DNA of 64,000 nucleotides from Octopus sinensis. Taxonomy: Eukaryota. Numbering within the stretch: position 1 is the stretch's first letter; each line of letters starts with the position of its first letter. The notes beneath the pieces are model-generated. The model was not told the DNA's origin. It did no database searches and was given only the letters and a program-made list of their open reading frames with translations. Of the stretch, positions 42,446 to 52,804 are shown piece by piece. The position numbers and the translations under genes are program-made. Location of the stretch: the NCBI RefSeq assembly GCF_006345805.1, contig NC_043017.1, positions 7,192,001 through 7,256,000 on the forward strand, written 5' to 3'.

Positions 42446-44344
42446 ATGGGGGACAACAACTTGTCTAATGTTATAAGTATTAATAACAAGCCGAGAACCG
42501 AAGTGGATTTATATTTGGATAGCTTAGGATTATGGCGTAAACCTATCCCCAAAGATGGTTCCTGTTTCTACAGAGCTGTCTCAGAGCAGTTGTTCAATAC
42601 GCAGGCATTCCATGACCACCTACAGAAAGCTGTCGAAGAAAAATTGGCTTCGAGTAGTTCGTTTTCAAGTGGCTGCAACAAAGATACCTGCGTTGATTTA
42701 AGTTTTAGCTTCGAAGAGAGCGAAGTTTGTGGAAGTTATACAGAAATTAAACTGTTGTCCGACGTATACAAACTAAATTTTTTCATCTATACTGGTATGG
42801 ATAGTATATATTCCATCTCTAAAACTGATTATACCAAGCAAATTTTATTATTTTTTGATGGTGTTCACTATGATAGTGTCTACTCAAAGTCATTCCCACC
42901 TGAAGCAGCTCTCTGTCAGTCTGTGATTTATGATATTTTGTACCGCAACGTATTTGAAATGCCCACCGAAATTGAAGAGGCTGTGAATATGCTACGGAAA
43001 CAAAATAAATGCAAGCGTGTTAGAAGCAACAAAAATTTGGCTTGTGACAAGAAAAACGATGTGGAATTCGACTGTGTTGGTTCAAGAAAAGAATGTGAGA
43101 ATAAAAAACCTAGTCCTCCATTACCTTACAGAGTTGCCAAAGCACTGGATCCAGATATTTTTCGGAATGTTGAATTCGATAACTGGCAAGAAGCTAAAAG
43201 AGCTGAGTTATTGGCGAAAAGGCTTTCCGAATTTCAGCCGGGAGATAAATGCCAAGTTTTAATAGACGGAACTGACCGAACATATAATGCTCATGTTCAA
43301 GAAATAACTGATGGGGAGGGACATGTTGAAGTATATGTGGAAGAACTTGGTAAGAAATGCCAAGTTGCTTACGACTGTTTAAGACACGTACCTTCAAATG
43401 AACGATACCTATTGAAAACCGGTAGAAAGTGCCGAAAAGCAGTAACAATGGTTGTACATATGAATGGTACGAGTCAATTAGTCTCTAGTAATTTGACTAC
43501 TTCCACTAAAGTCAAAAAATCTGTCGGAAGTCGCCATGCTAAAATCTACACCCAAAAGAAATTGAATACAGCTAATAGAACTAAATTTTCACGCAGTCTT
43601 CATAAATATTCTAATAGTTCAAACCCAGAAAACGACGACTATGTTGCAGAGAAAGTAAACAGCGATAAATCTTTAAATAAATTCAATGAAAATGCTATTT
43701 GTGAATGCCATTACTGCAAGCAGCTAGAATACGACCAATCAAATACTGAAATGTTGGTGACTTCGTCTCTACCGCCGACATTGGTAAGCGCTGACGACTC
43801 TTCGAGCAGTAGTATGTTTGTAACTGGTGATCAACCACCTCTTACTAATGTAAACAATAACCCGACTTCTCTATCAGCACCTGTAAGTATGACTTCACGA
43901 ATTTCTATAAATCCTCACATTTGGATTCCTTACTTGGAGCGAGCGAACAGTTTGGTAAATTTCAATGTTGGAGTTTCTCAAGACCCGTGCGGAAGAGACT
44001 TACCTTTCTCGGATTTGGCTACTTTAAGATACTTCTACAACCTTGGTTTTGAGTACCACAAAGCTGTCAGCATGTTACAAAACACGAACGTAACCTCTAC
44101 TTCTACGCCCCAGTCAGTATCCTCTTTTCGCTATAATTCGTCTATGACCGCTCCCGTCCACAGTACACCTGTATATTATCCGGCACAACACACCTACACC
44201 CACCAGCTATATGCTATGTATCCACAGAACTTCGCCACAGCTACTGCTCTCTCCACTGGTCAATCTTCTCAAACTCCATTTATTCCATGTATTGCTTATA
44301 TGCAAAATGTTCAATATTCAGGCAACACGCTGCCATCTCAATAG
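42446..44344 (+). CDS. OTUD4: OTU-domain deubiquitinase with Tudor domain, OTUD4/ALG13/ovarian-tumor family; single uninterrupted ORF
   Basis: 632-aa ORF. N-terminal OTU motifs DLYLDSLGLWRKPIPKDGSCFYRAVSEQ (D37, C40) and GVHYD (H141, D143). Family motif PLPYRVAKALDPDIFRNVEFDNW. Tudor-like FQPGDKCQV...VEVYVEELGKK. C-terminal GRDLPFSDLATLRYFYNLG motif as in OTUD4/ALG13. Symbol denotes family, not proven orthology. Confidence 0.9.
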   Translation: MGDNNLSNVISINNKPRTEVDLYLDSLGLWRKPIPKDGSCFYRAVSEQLFNTQAFHDHLQKAVEEKLASSSSFSSGCNKDTCVDLSFSFEESEVCGSYTEIKLLSDVYKLNFFIYTGMDSIYSISKTDYTKQILLFFDGVHYDSVYSKSFPPEAALCQSVIYDILYRNVFEMPTEIEEAVNMLRKQNKCKRVRSNKNLACDKKNDVEFDCVGSRKECENKKPSPPLPYRVAKALDPDIFRNVEFDNWQEAKRAELLAKRLSEFQPGDKCQVLIDGTDRTYNAHVQEITDGEGHVEVYVEELGKKCQVAYDCLRHVPSNERYLLKTGRKCRKAVTMVVHMNGTSQLVSSNLTTSTKVKKSVGSRHAKIYTQKKLNTANRTKFSRSLHKYSNSSNPENDDYVAEKVNSDKSLNKFNENAICECHYCKQLEYDQSNTEMLVTSSLPPTLVSADDSSSSSMFVTGDQPPLTNVNNNPTSLSAPVSMTSRISINPHIWIPYLERANSLVNFNVGVSQDPCGRDLPFSDLATLRYFYNLGFEYHKAVSMLQNTNVTSTSTPQSVSSFRYNSSMTAPVHSTPVYYPAQHTYTHQLYAMYPQNFATATALSTGQSSQTPFIPCIAYMQNVQYSGNTLPSQ

Positions 44345-44424
44345 CAGACTCGGTCTGTTGCATACCATTTAAAGTGGTAGGCTCAAAATATTTTCGTGAG
44401 GAGAGGGACTAGAACATTTTTATC

Positions 44425-44774
44425 GGTACTTTTTCTATTATCGATGGCTAATTTATTTATTAAAGGATTAGTAGATAAACTATTACACTCGCGAGATGCT
44501 AGTTGGCAGACTTTCGGAATTAGCTATCACAACTTTATGCAGAAGGAAAATGGTAAGGAATTGGGTGATTCTTTCCGTGAAAGAATTTTTTGGCCTAAAC
44601 AATTTTAACATTTTCACTCTCCAATTCTGTGTCCTTTTCCACTAAATTTCTACTGGTAATGGTAGTTCATTCCAAAAGTCTGCCAACTAACTCCACAAGT
44701 GGAATAGTATATTTACTAATCCTTTAGTAAATAAAAAAAAACAAACAAACTGGCTGTCTTAATATGAAAGTACC
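44425..44774. other. Long imperfect inverted repeat (fold-back) downstream of the OTU ORF
   Basis: 44453-44530 aligns at about 80% identity to the reverse complement of 44655-44733. Outer GGTACTTT/AAAGTACC ends pair, and inner GGAAAA..GAATTGG / CCAATTC..TTTTCC segments also pair. Confidence 0.85.
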
Positions 44775-46282
44775 TTTTAACTTTTTAATGAAATTTTTTC
44801 TTACTATATATATATTTATATATATTTCTTTGAGATTTTGATTTTAATGTATTAAATATATTTATTACTCCTGACATTACATTTAGACAAGGCAGGTAGC
44901 CTCTAAACTCCTGAGTACAACTATGTTTCATTTGTTGTGCTTTTTGTTATATTCTGAGTTATTTTAGTGCTCCCAGAAATATTTATTGCATTTCTCAAAC
45001 CAAACACTTTAAAGAAAAAATACAAAAAAAAAAAAAAAAAAACTAAGTTGCTGTTTATTAGACTAACCTGATGTTTTTGTAAAATTTTTACATTATCTTA
45101 TTGATAGTCCCCCACCCCAACTTGTAAAAGTATTTTTTACTCTAAGAGTTAAAATATTTTTAATGTTTGTTTCATTTGAGTGTGAATTATAATTGGAACA
45201 TTTTTCATTGTCCTGAAGAATGATAGCCACAAGTTAAATTCTGAGAAGTGGATGGTGACATTGCTATTTATTCCTACTGAAGCCAAACTAAGTACCAGTA
45301 GAATTCTTAAATATAAAATACAATTGTTTATAGTTTCTCTCTCGTGCTTGGTCAAAATGTTAAACTCCAGGGGTTGTTCATAACCCAATTTTTTTCCTGC
45401 TTGTTCTTTGATTTTCTAATAACTTCTGATAGATGCTCTGGATTTCATATTTGGAACAAGTGAACAATTGAAACTTCTTCAAGACGCAGTCAACAGAACC
45501 ATACCACCTCCTTGGCTATTAATGCTGATTATATTTTGCTTTTGTTCTATAAATTGGGTTCTTGTTACCTATACCTCCAACTGAAAAATTAACATCAGTT
45601 CTTAATGTATTTTCCCAAAGTTCTTTAAATGTTTTAACTATTGTTCAGTTTAGGAAAAAAACCCAACTTTTTAATGAAATTTTTGGTCATTTCAATATAT
45701 TTAATACAAAGACTTTTTGTGTAGGACTTGCTCCATATTATTGCTGATTTGAAAAGTCTTCTATTCAATGTTAATACCCAATTTTTTTATTATATACTAA
45801 CACAAAATTCTCTTTACTTTAAAAGATGGAATCCCATTTTTTAATGAATTTGTTTCCTCCCATCTTGTAAAGGTTATATGTAACCAAATACATATACACA
45901 TGCATTTTTCTGTATTCAATTTACCAATATAAGATTTGAATTTCTTTGAATGTTTTAGATTTTTATGCCATTTGAAATAAGAAAACCTAGTTGGACATTT
46001 CTGTATTTTTGCTCATTTGTTCCCTTTTACTTTGTCAGTTTTTAAAAATCAGTGTTTTGTATTCATTTTATATTAAACACTTTTTAAACCCAATTTATTG
46101 TTTTTATTGAATACTTGAAAAAAATCCAACTCAATCCTTTACAGATACAGTAGCAGGCAGTATGCGAGTTTATGCTGTGAAATAGATCTGGTCTGGGTTA
46201 GGTCAATTAGTGCATGCTAAATTTTAAATGCCCAGCTAGACCACATGCTGAAGTGGCACAAAAGAAGAAAAAAACAAAACTA

Positions 46283-46448
46283 TAAGGTGCTGCAAAGTTC
46301 CTGGTAGGAGGTCCAACCTTCAAATTTCTTTTACAGGGCTTAGGAAAACTGAAGGGCGGCTGCAATAAGTATGAATCTTAGAAGGGAAGATGTTAACTGA
46401 TCCTCCTGTATTTCCTTTTATCTAAATCCAGGAATTTTTCAGCACCCC
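46283..46448 (-). mobile_element. Mariner-derived MITE (second copy, inverted)
   Basis: Same TIRs (GGTGCTGCAAAGTTCCTGG / CCAGGAATTTTTCAGCACCCC), and the internal sequence is the reverse complement of 46926-47130. Confidence 0.75.
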
Positions 46449-46925
46449 ACCCCTCATATATACAGGAAGGATTGTGTTTCTGATGATACAAAACAGTTGT
46501 GGACAAACTGTGGCATGTGGGACTTCAACATTTTTAATAGTGACCCACCAGGTGATGAGCCATGTTTCATGCAGCTCCTTTTCTCAAGCCTCTGGGGCAA
46601 GGATTTGATTCATTTCAATTTCTGAGTTTTAAAAAAATCAGGTGGTTGATGCCAAAATATGCATTATTAAAGTCTGTTTCTTTGAGGAAATGGTTTCAGG
46701 GTTACAATTGACAATGAAATTAATTTGTCAAACCCAGAAATTTTAATATTAACTGCTATTATCATAACATTTGAATAAGGAGTTAATTTTTTTTTTGTGA
46801 ATTTTAGTAAAGTATCTTTTCATAACCGTTTAATGTTCCCCATCGATCTGGGACTTTGTTTCCTCGACTTTTTGATCTATAATTTTTGCATGTGCTAAGG
46901 AATTGGCTAATTCTTTCATTTCATG

Positions 46926-47130
46926 TATAAGTGGGTGCTGAAATGTTCCTGGCCTTGGGTAGAAGAAAATACAGGGGGATCAGTTGATTACAATTTTATT
47001 CAACACATTCCCTTCTCAGATTCACACTTATTGCAGCTGTTCAAAGTCCTGTAAGAGAATTTAGGTTGGGTCCCTGACCAGGTCTTTCGTGACATCCTTA
47101 ACATCAGGAACTTTTCAGCACCCCTTTGTA
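46926..47130 (+). mobile_element. Mariner-derived MITE
   Basis: TIRs GGGTGCTGAAATGTTCCTGG / CAGGAACTTTTCAGCACCCC with TA ends. The subterminal AAGAAAATACAGG..AGTT..ATTCAAC..TCTCAGATTCACAC is shared with the left end of the 61.9-kb mariner. Confidence 0.8.
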
Positions 47131-49689
47131 TAGCAGTTTCCTTTTCAGAAGCATCATTTTAATATCCACGTTTCCAAGCTTCAATGGAGGTAGGCTTTCA
47201 CTGGCTGGATGCCCTACCTTTCAAGGAAATAAATTTCCACAGAAGATTGAAAACACATGACTTTCATTTACAAAATGATGAAATGTCATGACAAGGAAAA
47301 ACACAGGATAGGTTTCTTTCTTTGTCTACTGAATATCAAGGCAAGGAAACACGTGATGTTTTTTTCAGTTTGTCTACCAAAGCCACTCCAAACGTTTTGG
47401 TTGGCCCAGGGCTATAGAAGACACTTCCCCCAAGTTGTATGTAGTGGGACTGAATCTGGAACCTGTTTGAGAAGCAAACTTCGTGTCCCACCTGTGGATA
47501 TAAGTTTAGAGAAGCCCTATCAGTAGATAGGGCTTGGGCTTCTTTTGTTGCCCACACTGCAAAGCTCAATAACTGTCTGAACCTGACCCTTGTATTAGCA
47601 AATACAGTCTACATATCAGGGAGGTGGTTAAACTTCCAATCTAATGTTTAGTTGGTAGGAATGACCATGCTCATGAAAGGGTGGGCCTTTCTATAAGGCC
47701 CTCCATATTTGGTGGATAAGGGACAAATAACTTCTAGGTTATTGCAATACAAAAACAGTACTACATTTGGAGATGTTTAAACAATCATCTCGGTTATCAA
47801 TATTTTACTGCATTATTCTGCCAAAGTTGACTTTGCTGTTCATCCTTTCCAGGTTGATAAAATAAATACTATTTGAACACTGGGGGTCAATTAAATTGAC
47901 CTATCCCTCAAATTGCTGGTATTGTATTGAAACTGATATTTTGCTGCGCTGACAGGGTAAGCTGGCAGAAGCGTTAGCATGTGGGGCAAAATGCTTAGTA
48001 TTTCATGTCTCTACATTCAGAGTTCAAATTCTGCCAAGGTCAACTTTCCATCTTTTTAGGGGTTGATAAAATACCAGTTGAGTACTGGGGCCAATATAAT
48101 TGATTTACCCTTTCCCTGGTATTGCTAACCTTGTGCCAAAACTTGAAACCAATATTATAGTAGATTGATGACATTCTAGCCATGACCATCTTGTGATTTT
48201 GTTAGTCTACCTAGGACTTTATCATTAGCTGTTATTCTGTAACAAGTGGAGTAACACAACCAGCTTTGGTACATGTAGGAAATGGAATAATAAAACTGGG
48301 TGACAGTCATGACTGGAATACTGAAGTATTTTGGGTTTTTACAATTCTTAAGGCAGGAGACTGACTCCTAAGGTGGTGGTGGTGTTTGCATTGTAATCTT
48401 TGCAATTAGTTTTTGTGTGGGGGTGGGGATGCAAGATTGAGATTACTTCTCAACCTTGATGTCTTGGATTCATTTCCTACCTTTATAAATCACTGATTCT
48501 AATCATCTGGATTAGCTATGCTGTAATTCAAATTAACCCTTTGAGCTCGTTAACACCAGGAGGTTTATATTTCTCTATACCACAACAGCATGCTACTGGT
48601 GGAGTGCATCTGTTAGCCAGGTATATGGTCAAACTACCACACTTGCTTAGTGTGGTAGAAGTTACTGTCTTCAAGTGTGGTTAGTTTCCTTCCTAACCAC
48701 ATGGTTTCAGGTTCAGTGCCACTACATTATGACCAAGTGTTTTCTACTGTATCTCTAGGCTGACCTAAGCCTGTTTATGTCTCCTTGTTATGACATCACG
48801 ATTGTTGTAAATAAATGTCATTCATTTCTAATATTCTCAAAAACCATGTCTGACTTTGAAGAAATATCACCTTAAATGGGAACGAGTGAGGGTTGCTGAT
48901 AAGAAGGGCATCAGGTCATAGAAAATCTGCCTCAGCAAAATCCATTTCACCCTTGCAAACATGGATGTTAAATGATGTCTTGAATACCCTCTAGAAATCA
49001 GTCTCCTGTCCAGTATTTAAAATTTAAGATCAGAGTAAAGAGTTAAACAGTGTTGTTTAACCCTAGGTCACTTCTGACTGAATAGCCTGATGACTTCTTA
49101 GCCACAAACATAGTACATATTGGGCTCCATTACCCTACCTCAGTGCTTCCCAAAGTGGGGTGATAATAGGGGTAGTGATTCATGTAAAGACAACAAAATA
49201 ATGAGTTTATTAGGTTAAGTTTTATTTTTGAAATACAGTTGCTTTGAATTTGCTTCAGAAAGATTTCTGTGATCGCTAGTTGGGGTAGGGACCCTAGGAA
49301 TGTGGCCTTGGTATCAGCTTGAAAAAGTTTAGGAACCCTATGGTCATCACATCCTTTTCCTATGCACTAAAAAACTCAAATATCTATTCTGAAAGGGGTT
49401 GATGTAGCTACTACTTTTAGCAGGTCAAGCAACTGCAGTCTCCCTGTTGGTTCTATACCACTGTGGATCCCTCACTTATCTGGGCTGGTTTAGAATACCA
49501 TTCCCACTTTTACTATAAATTTCTACATTGACCTTCCACTAGTAATTTTCTTTCGCAGGCGTTTATAAAAAATATATGTATAAAGTTGGAAAGATTGCTA
49601 ACATACATCTATTTCCATTTTGTCTACAGAACATGCTCTTCCACTATTTTCTAAAAATCCACAGCTTAAAAAACTAAGGCAATTACTGC

Positions 49690-49990
49690 AGATTTTCGCA
49701 TGATGTGATCAGTGTGGTGCACTTTTCATCGGGCGTTAGAAAACATGGCATCCGACAAGCAGAAACTATCGCCAGATTCATTGTGCAGAGAATATTCCTG
49801 TCCTATGCTAATAGAATAGGCCATCTGATTTATAGTCTATCACCTGCTGTCCATCAGCATGCAGTGAACATGACCAACATTTTCCTCAGTGAGAGCAGTT
49901 GTAACACACCTGGACCTTGGGTAATCTTTGAGACACCTACCACCCCTCTGAAATTAAGTTGCCCCACTTTTGCACTGTTAGCAAAGCTAG
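49690..49990 (-). mobile_element. Mariner transposase internal fragment (pseudogene)
   Basis: The minus strand translates to TTALTEENVGHVHCMLMDSR**TINQMAYSISI...LHNE, the second HTH region of mariner transposases, with stops and frameshifts. Confidence 0.7.
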
Positions 49991-50326
49991 AGTGCCACCC
50001 CCCGATGTAGCAACCACACCAATATCAGGTACTTGATAACTAATTTCGTCCTATCTCAAAAGCCAGCACCAGTTACTTTAAGTCTTCTTTGAACAGCCAA
50101 ATGTCAAGTTCACCTGGAAAGAGAGAATGTAGTTATTAATAAGGTGGAAATTGATATAGATCTCACAGCTCTAACATCATCCATTATTAGCCTATGAACC
50201 TTTCAGACCACCACCCCAAAAATTTGTTACATACTGGCAATCTCACAGAATGGACATTTTCCGGAACTAAAAAAACTCCATTTCACAGGTATCCACACCA
50301 AGTCTTTGTGCTGTACTGAACAAGCC

Positions 50327-50417
50327 TCTGATATTCAGAAAAAAGTGAACGAGTAGGAGAGTCATCACTGCTAGAAATAGCACAGTACTCCGACCTAGTG
50401 ATCATCATTATATCAGA
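50327..50417 (-). ncRNA. Box C/D snoRNA, target unassigned (copy 1)
   Basis: Minus strand reads TCTGATAT-A-ATGATGA...AGGTCGGAGTACTGTGCTATTTCTAGCA-GTGATGA...CTGA-ATATCAGA. Perfect C, C' and D boxes and an 8-bp terminal stem. Confidence 0.8.
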
Positions 50418-50702
50418 AATTTTGCTTATTGTAAAAAAAAAAAAAAAAATTGCAAGCACAAATGCTCACACTAAAACACCATCAATCCAATGATAATTTA
50501 TTAACGAGAATACTTACATCTGTACCAAAGTCCGAATTTTATTGAAAAAAGCGCCCCCTCGATTCACCTTGGCTTGTATATATATATATATACTGCTGTG
50601 GCCACCACGTTGGAGCCTGATGCGACCAGTCCTTAGTAGGTCTGGTCAAATTGCCCAACCCATGCTAGCACGAAAAACGGAGGTTAAATAGCGGCTAATG
50701 AA

Positions 50703-50780
50703 ATGTCCCAAATCAGATAGGGGCAAAAGGATTAATCGTCAGAAATCAGTCGATCCACGAAATCATCATTTTTGGGACAT
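50703..50780 (-). ncRNA. Box C/D snoRNA, U80/snR60-like (copy 1)
   Basis: Minus strand reads ATGTCCCAAA-A-ATGATGA...GTGGATCGA-CTGA-tttc-TGACGA...TTTTGCCCCTAT-CTGA-TTTGGGACAT, with a 10-bp terminal stem. The D guide complements 28S AUAGGGGCGAA with one G-U pair; the human U80 guide ends UUUCGCUCCUAU-CUGA. Confidence 0.85.
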
Positions 50781-51464
50781 CTCAAACAGAACATTGTGAC
50801 TAGATAACTTATCACCATAGTTAAATTTTATTTAAAAATGACTAAAACGAAATCTGTACCAAGTCAAAATGCAAAGTTCTATCTAAGTAATCTGAAATAC
50901 GAAGCAATACGGCTATTTTACTATCATAGAGTTCCTTACCCCTAAGGAGTTGGCTGCTATTTCTACAAAATTAAATGCCGGCATAAAGACGAAGTACCTG
51001 ACCCTAGTCATGAACGAAAAGGTATTCGTTGTAAACCATTTCTGCAGATATCCAAATAAAAAAAAATCAGCGCCATAGTCGACCAAATAAAACGAAATAT
51101 TTAGGAATAAACTAATGAAAAACGATCCTAGAATAGAATAAAAGTGAATCCGTCGAAACTAAAACCCAGTCACCCAGTCCATGGAAATTTTCAGAGGGAA
51201 AAAAAAAACGGAAACCCACTTCTGCTAAAAATCACAACCAAATTGCACCCTACTGTTAAAAAATAATGGTCGTATAGAAAAAAACCCGTGATAATCGATC
51301 AAAGTGACTAACGTGTAAATTAAACTGGCCGAAAAAAAAAAAAAAAAAAATTCTAAGCTGTGATTACAGACCCGATTGCGGTATGAATGACTCACGAAGC
51401 CTACCACTAATTTATACAGTATGTGAACAAATATGGCATGATCGACAGATAACGAAAGATATTA

Positions 51465-51537
51465 TTTGCTCAGTGGACAGTTTGTCTTCAAATTAAAATT
51501 TTTCAGAGACTCTAGTCCAAGAATTCATCAGGGCAAA
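51465..51537 (-). ncRNA. SNORD52: Box C/D snoRNA, U52 (SNORD52)/snR78-like
   Basis: Minus strand reads TTTGC-c-CTGATGA-attctt-GGACTAGAGTCT-CTGA...TTGAAGA...CTGA-GCAAA, with a 5-bp terminal stem. The D' guide is complementary to conserved 28S UUGACUCUAGUC, and the +5 rule gives the yeast Um2421-equivalent U. Confidence 0.82.
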
Positions 51538-51795
51538 CAGCACCTTCGCAGACCCTATTAAAATTCAACCACACAAATAACTCCTAATAGGTATTTTGTT
51601 TTAAACTAATAATTATCAAAACTATAAATTACTGCTAGCTGAACACCAGATGCATTCCTGCTAACCCCAACTAATAAAGAGAAAATGCAGAACGATTTAC
51701 TGTAAACCAGTTACGAGGGAACCTGCGGGACTTTAAATGGAATCCCTAACGAAAAATTACTATTTCTCACCACGACCCGTAAGACAATAGGACCC

Positions 51796-51970
51796 CTAGC
51801 GAAAAATTATCAATAGTATATATTATATGGAGCTCGCATGACTCCTTAATTGCATACCTAACTAAAAATTTCCCCGATTTTCTAGCGAAAAATTACCATT
51901 AGTATATATATTATATGGAGCTCGCAAGACTCCCTAATTGCATACCTAACTAAAAATTTCCCCGATTTTC
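51796..51970. repeat. 86-bp tandem duplication inside the snoRNA host
   Basis: CTAGCGAAAAATTA...TTTCCCCGATTTT at 51796 and 51882. Confidence 0.9.
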
Positions 51971-52087
51971 TTTTAGTGCGGCCTGCCTCTCGATAAACCT
52001 GCCAATTCGTGACGTAAAATATAGATCAAGTTCCACAGAGGTTAGAAAAACTACTCGGGGCATAGTATGAATGAAGTATTGAAAGCA

Positions 52088-52219
52088 GCTATTTCTCAGA
52101 CAAATGCCTCTAGAAGCAGCAGATATGGCAAGTTAACTGCACTTCAAAAGTACAAAAACTGTACCACGAAGACAGCAAATTGCCCTCAGACTCGTCATCG
52201 TTGTCATCATTGAAATAGC
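52088..52219 (-). ncRNA. SNORD15: Box C/D snoRNA, U15 (SNORD15)-like
   Basis: Minus strand reads GCTATTTC-A-ATGATGA-caac-GATGACGAGT-CTGA...AGAGGCATTTGT-CTGA-GAAATAGC. It has an 8-bp terminal stem and boxes C, D' and D. The GATGACGAGTCTGA and AGAGGCATTTGTCTGAGAA blocks match human U15 as I recall it. The guides complement conserved 28S CCAAAUGCCUCGUCAUC. Confidence 0.92.
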
Positions 52220-52804
52220 TTCAGTAATACTAAATGAGAAAGCCGCCACGTGTAGTAGTTTTCTGGAGACATGCAATAGACGACACCACGTGGTGATGGT
52301 TGCCGCCAATTTCCCGCAGGGCGCCTCGACTGTTCAACGATCGATTCACTAATAAAGAAATTAAACTTTTAAAAAGAATCCTACCGATCGATTCACTAAG
52401 AAATTAAAATTCTAAAGAGAATCCTAATTACCATAAGAAAACGATGCTTTAAATAAAATGAAATCCATGAATTGGTTATCAAGCGACAGTGAAATGAAAG
52501 TCGCCTTTAAATTTACTAATTAATCTTTATATTTTAGATAAGATTCATTATTACTTAATAGTGAATTAAACTAATATCCAACTAAATAAAATGTGTATGT
52601 ATGCAATGAAATTAAAAGAAAATGTCGATGTGCGATTGTCTCACATCCATACTGTTCCACCTAAATGAACGGCGATCTTACGGTTCTAGTTAACTATTAA
52701 ATTCTAAAATTAAGTAGTTTAAGTGAGATTGTTTCCAGCTTAAGATATCTTTCTTAATATAACTGCTACGATTACCCCCGGTCTTGCTAATTGACTTATA
52801 AAGC

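Noticed and set aside
45208-45292. Plus-strand C/D snoRNA candidate (ATGATAG..CTGA..ATGGTGA..TTATTCCTA-CTGA)
   Set aside because: Box C is degenerate, there is no terminal stem, and the 9-nt 18S match could be chance.
46145-46250. H/ACA snoRNA candidate (hairpin followed by ACA)
   Set aside because: No valid ANANNA hinge on either strand. A similar candidate at ~48510-48630 has the wrong pocket-to-box spacing.
49705-50010. 101-aa plus-strand ORF
   Set aside because: Antisense shadow of a decayed mariner fragment.
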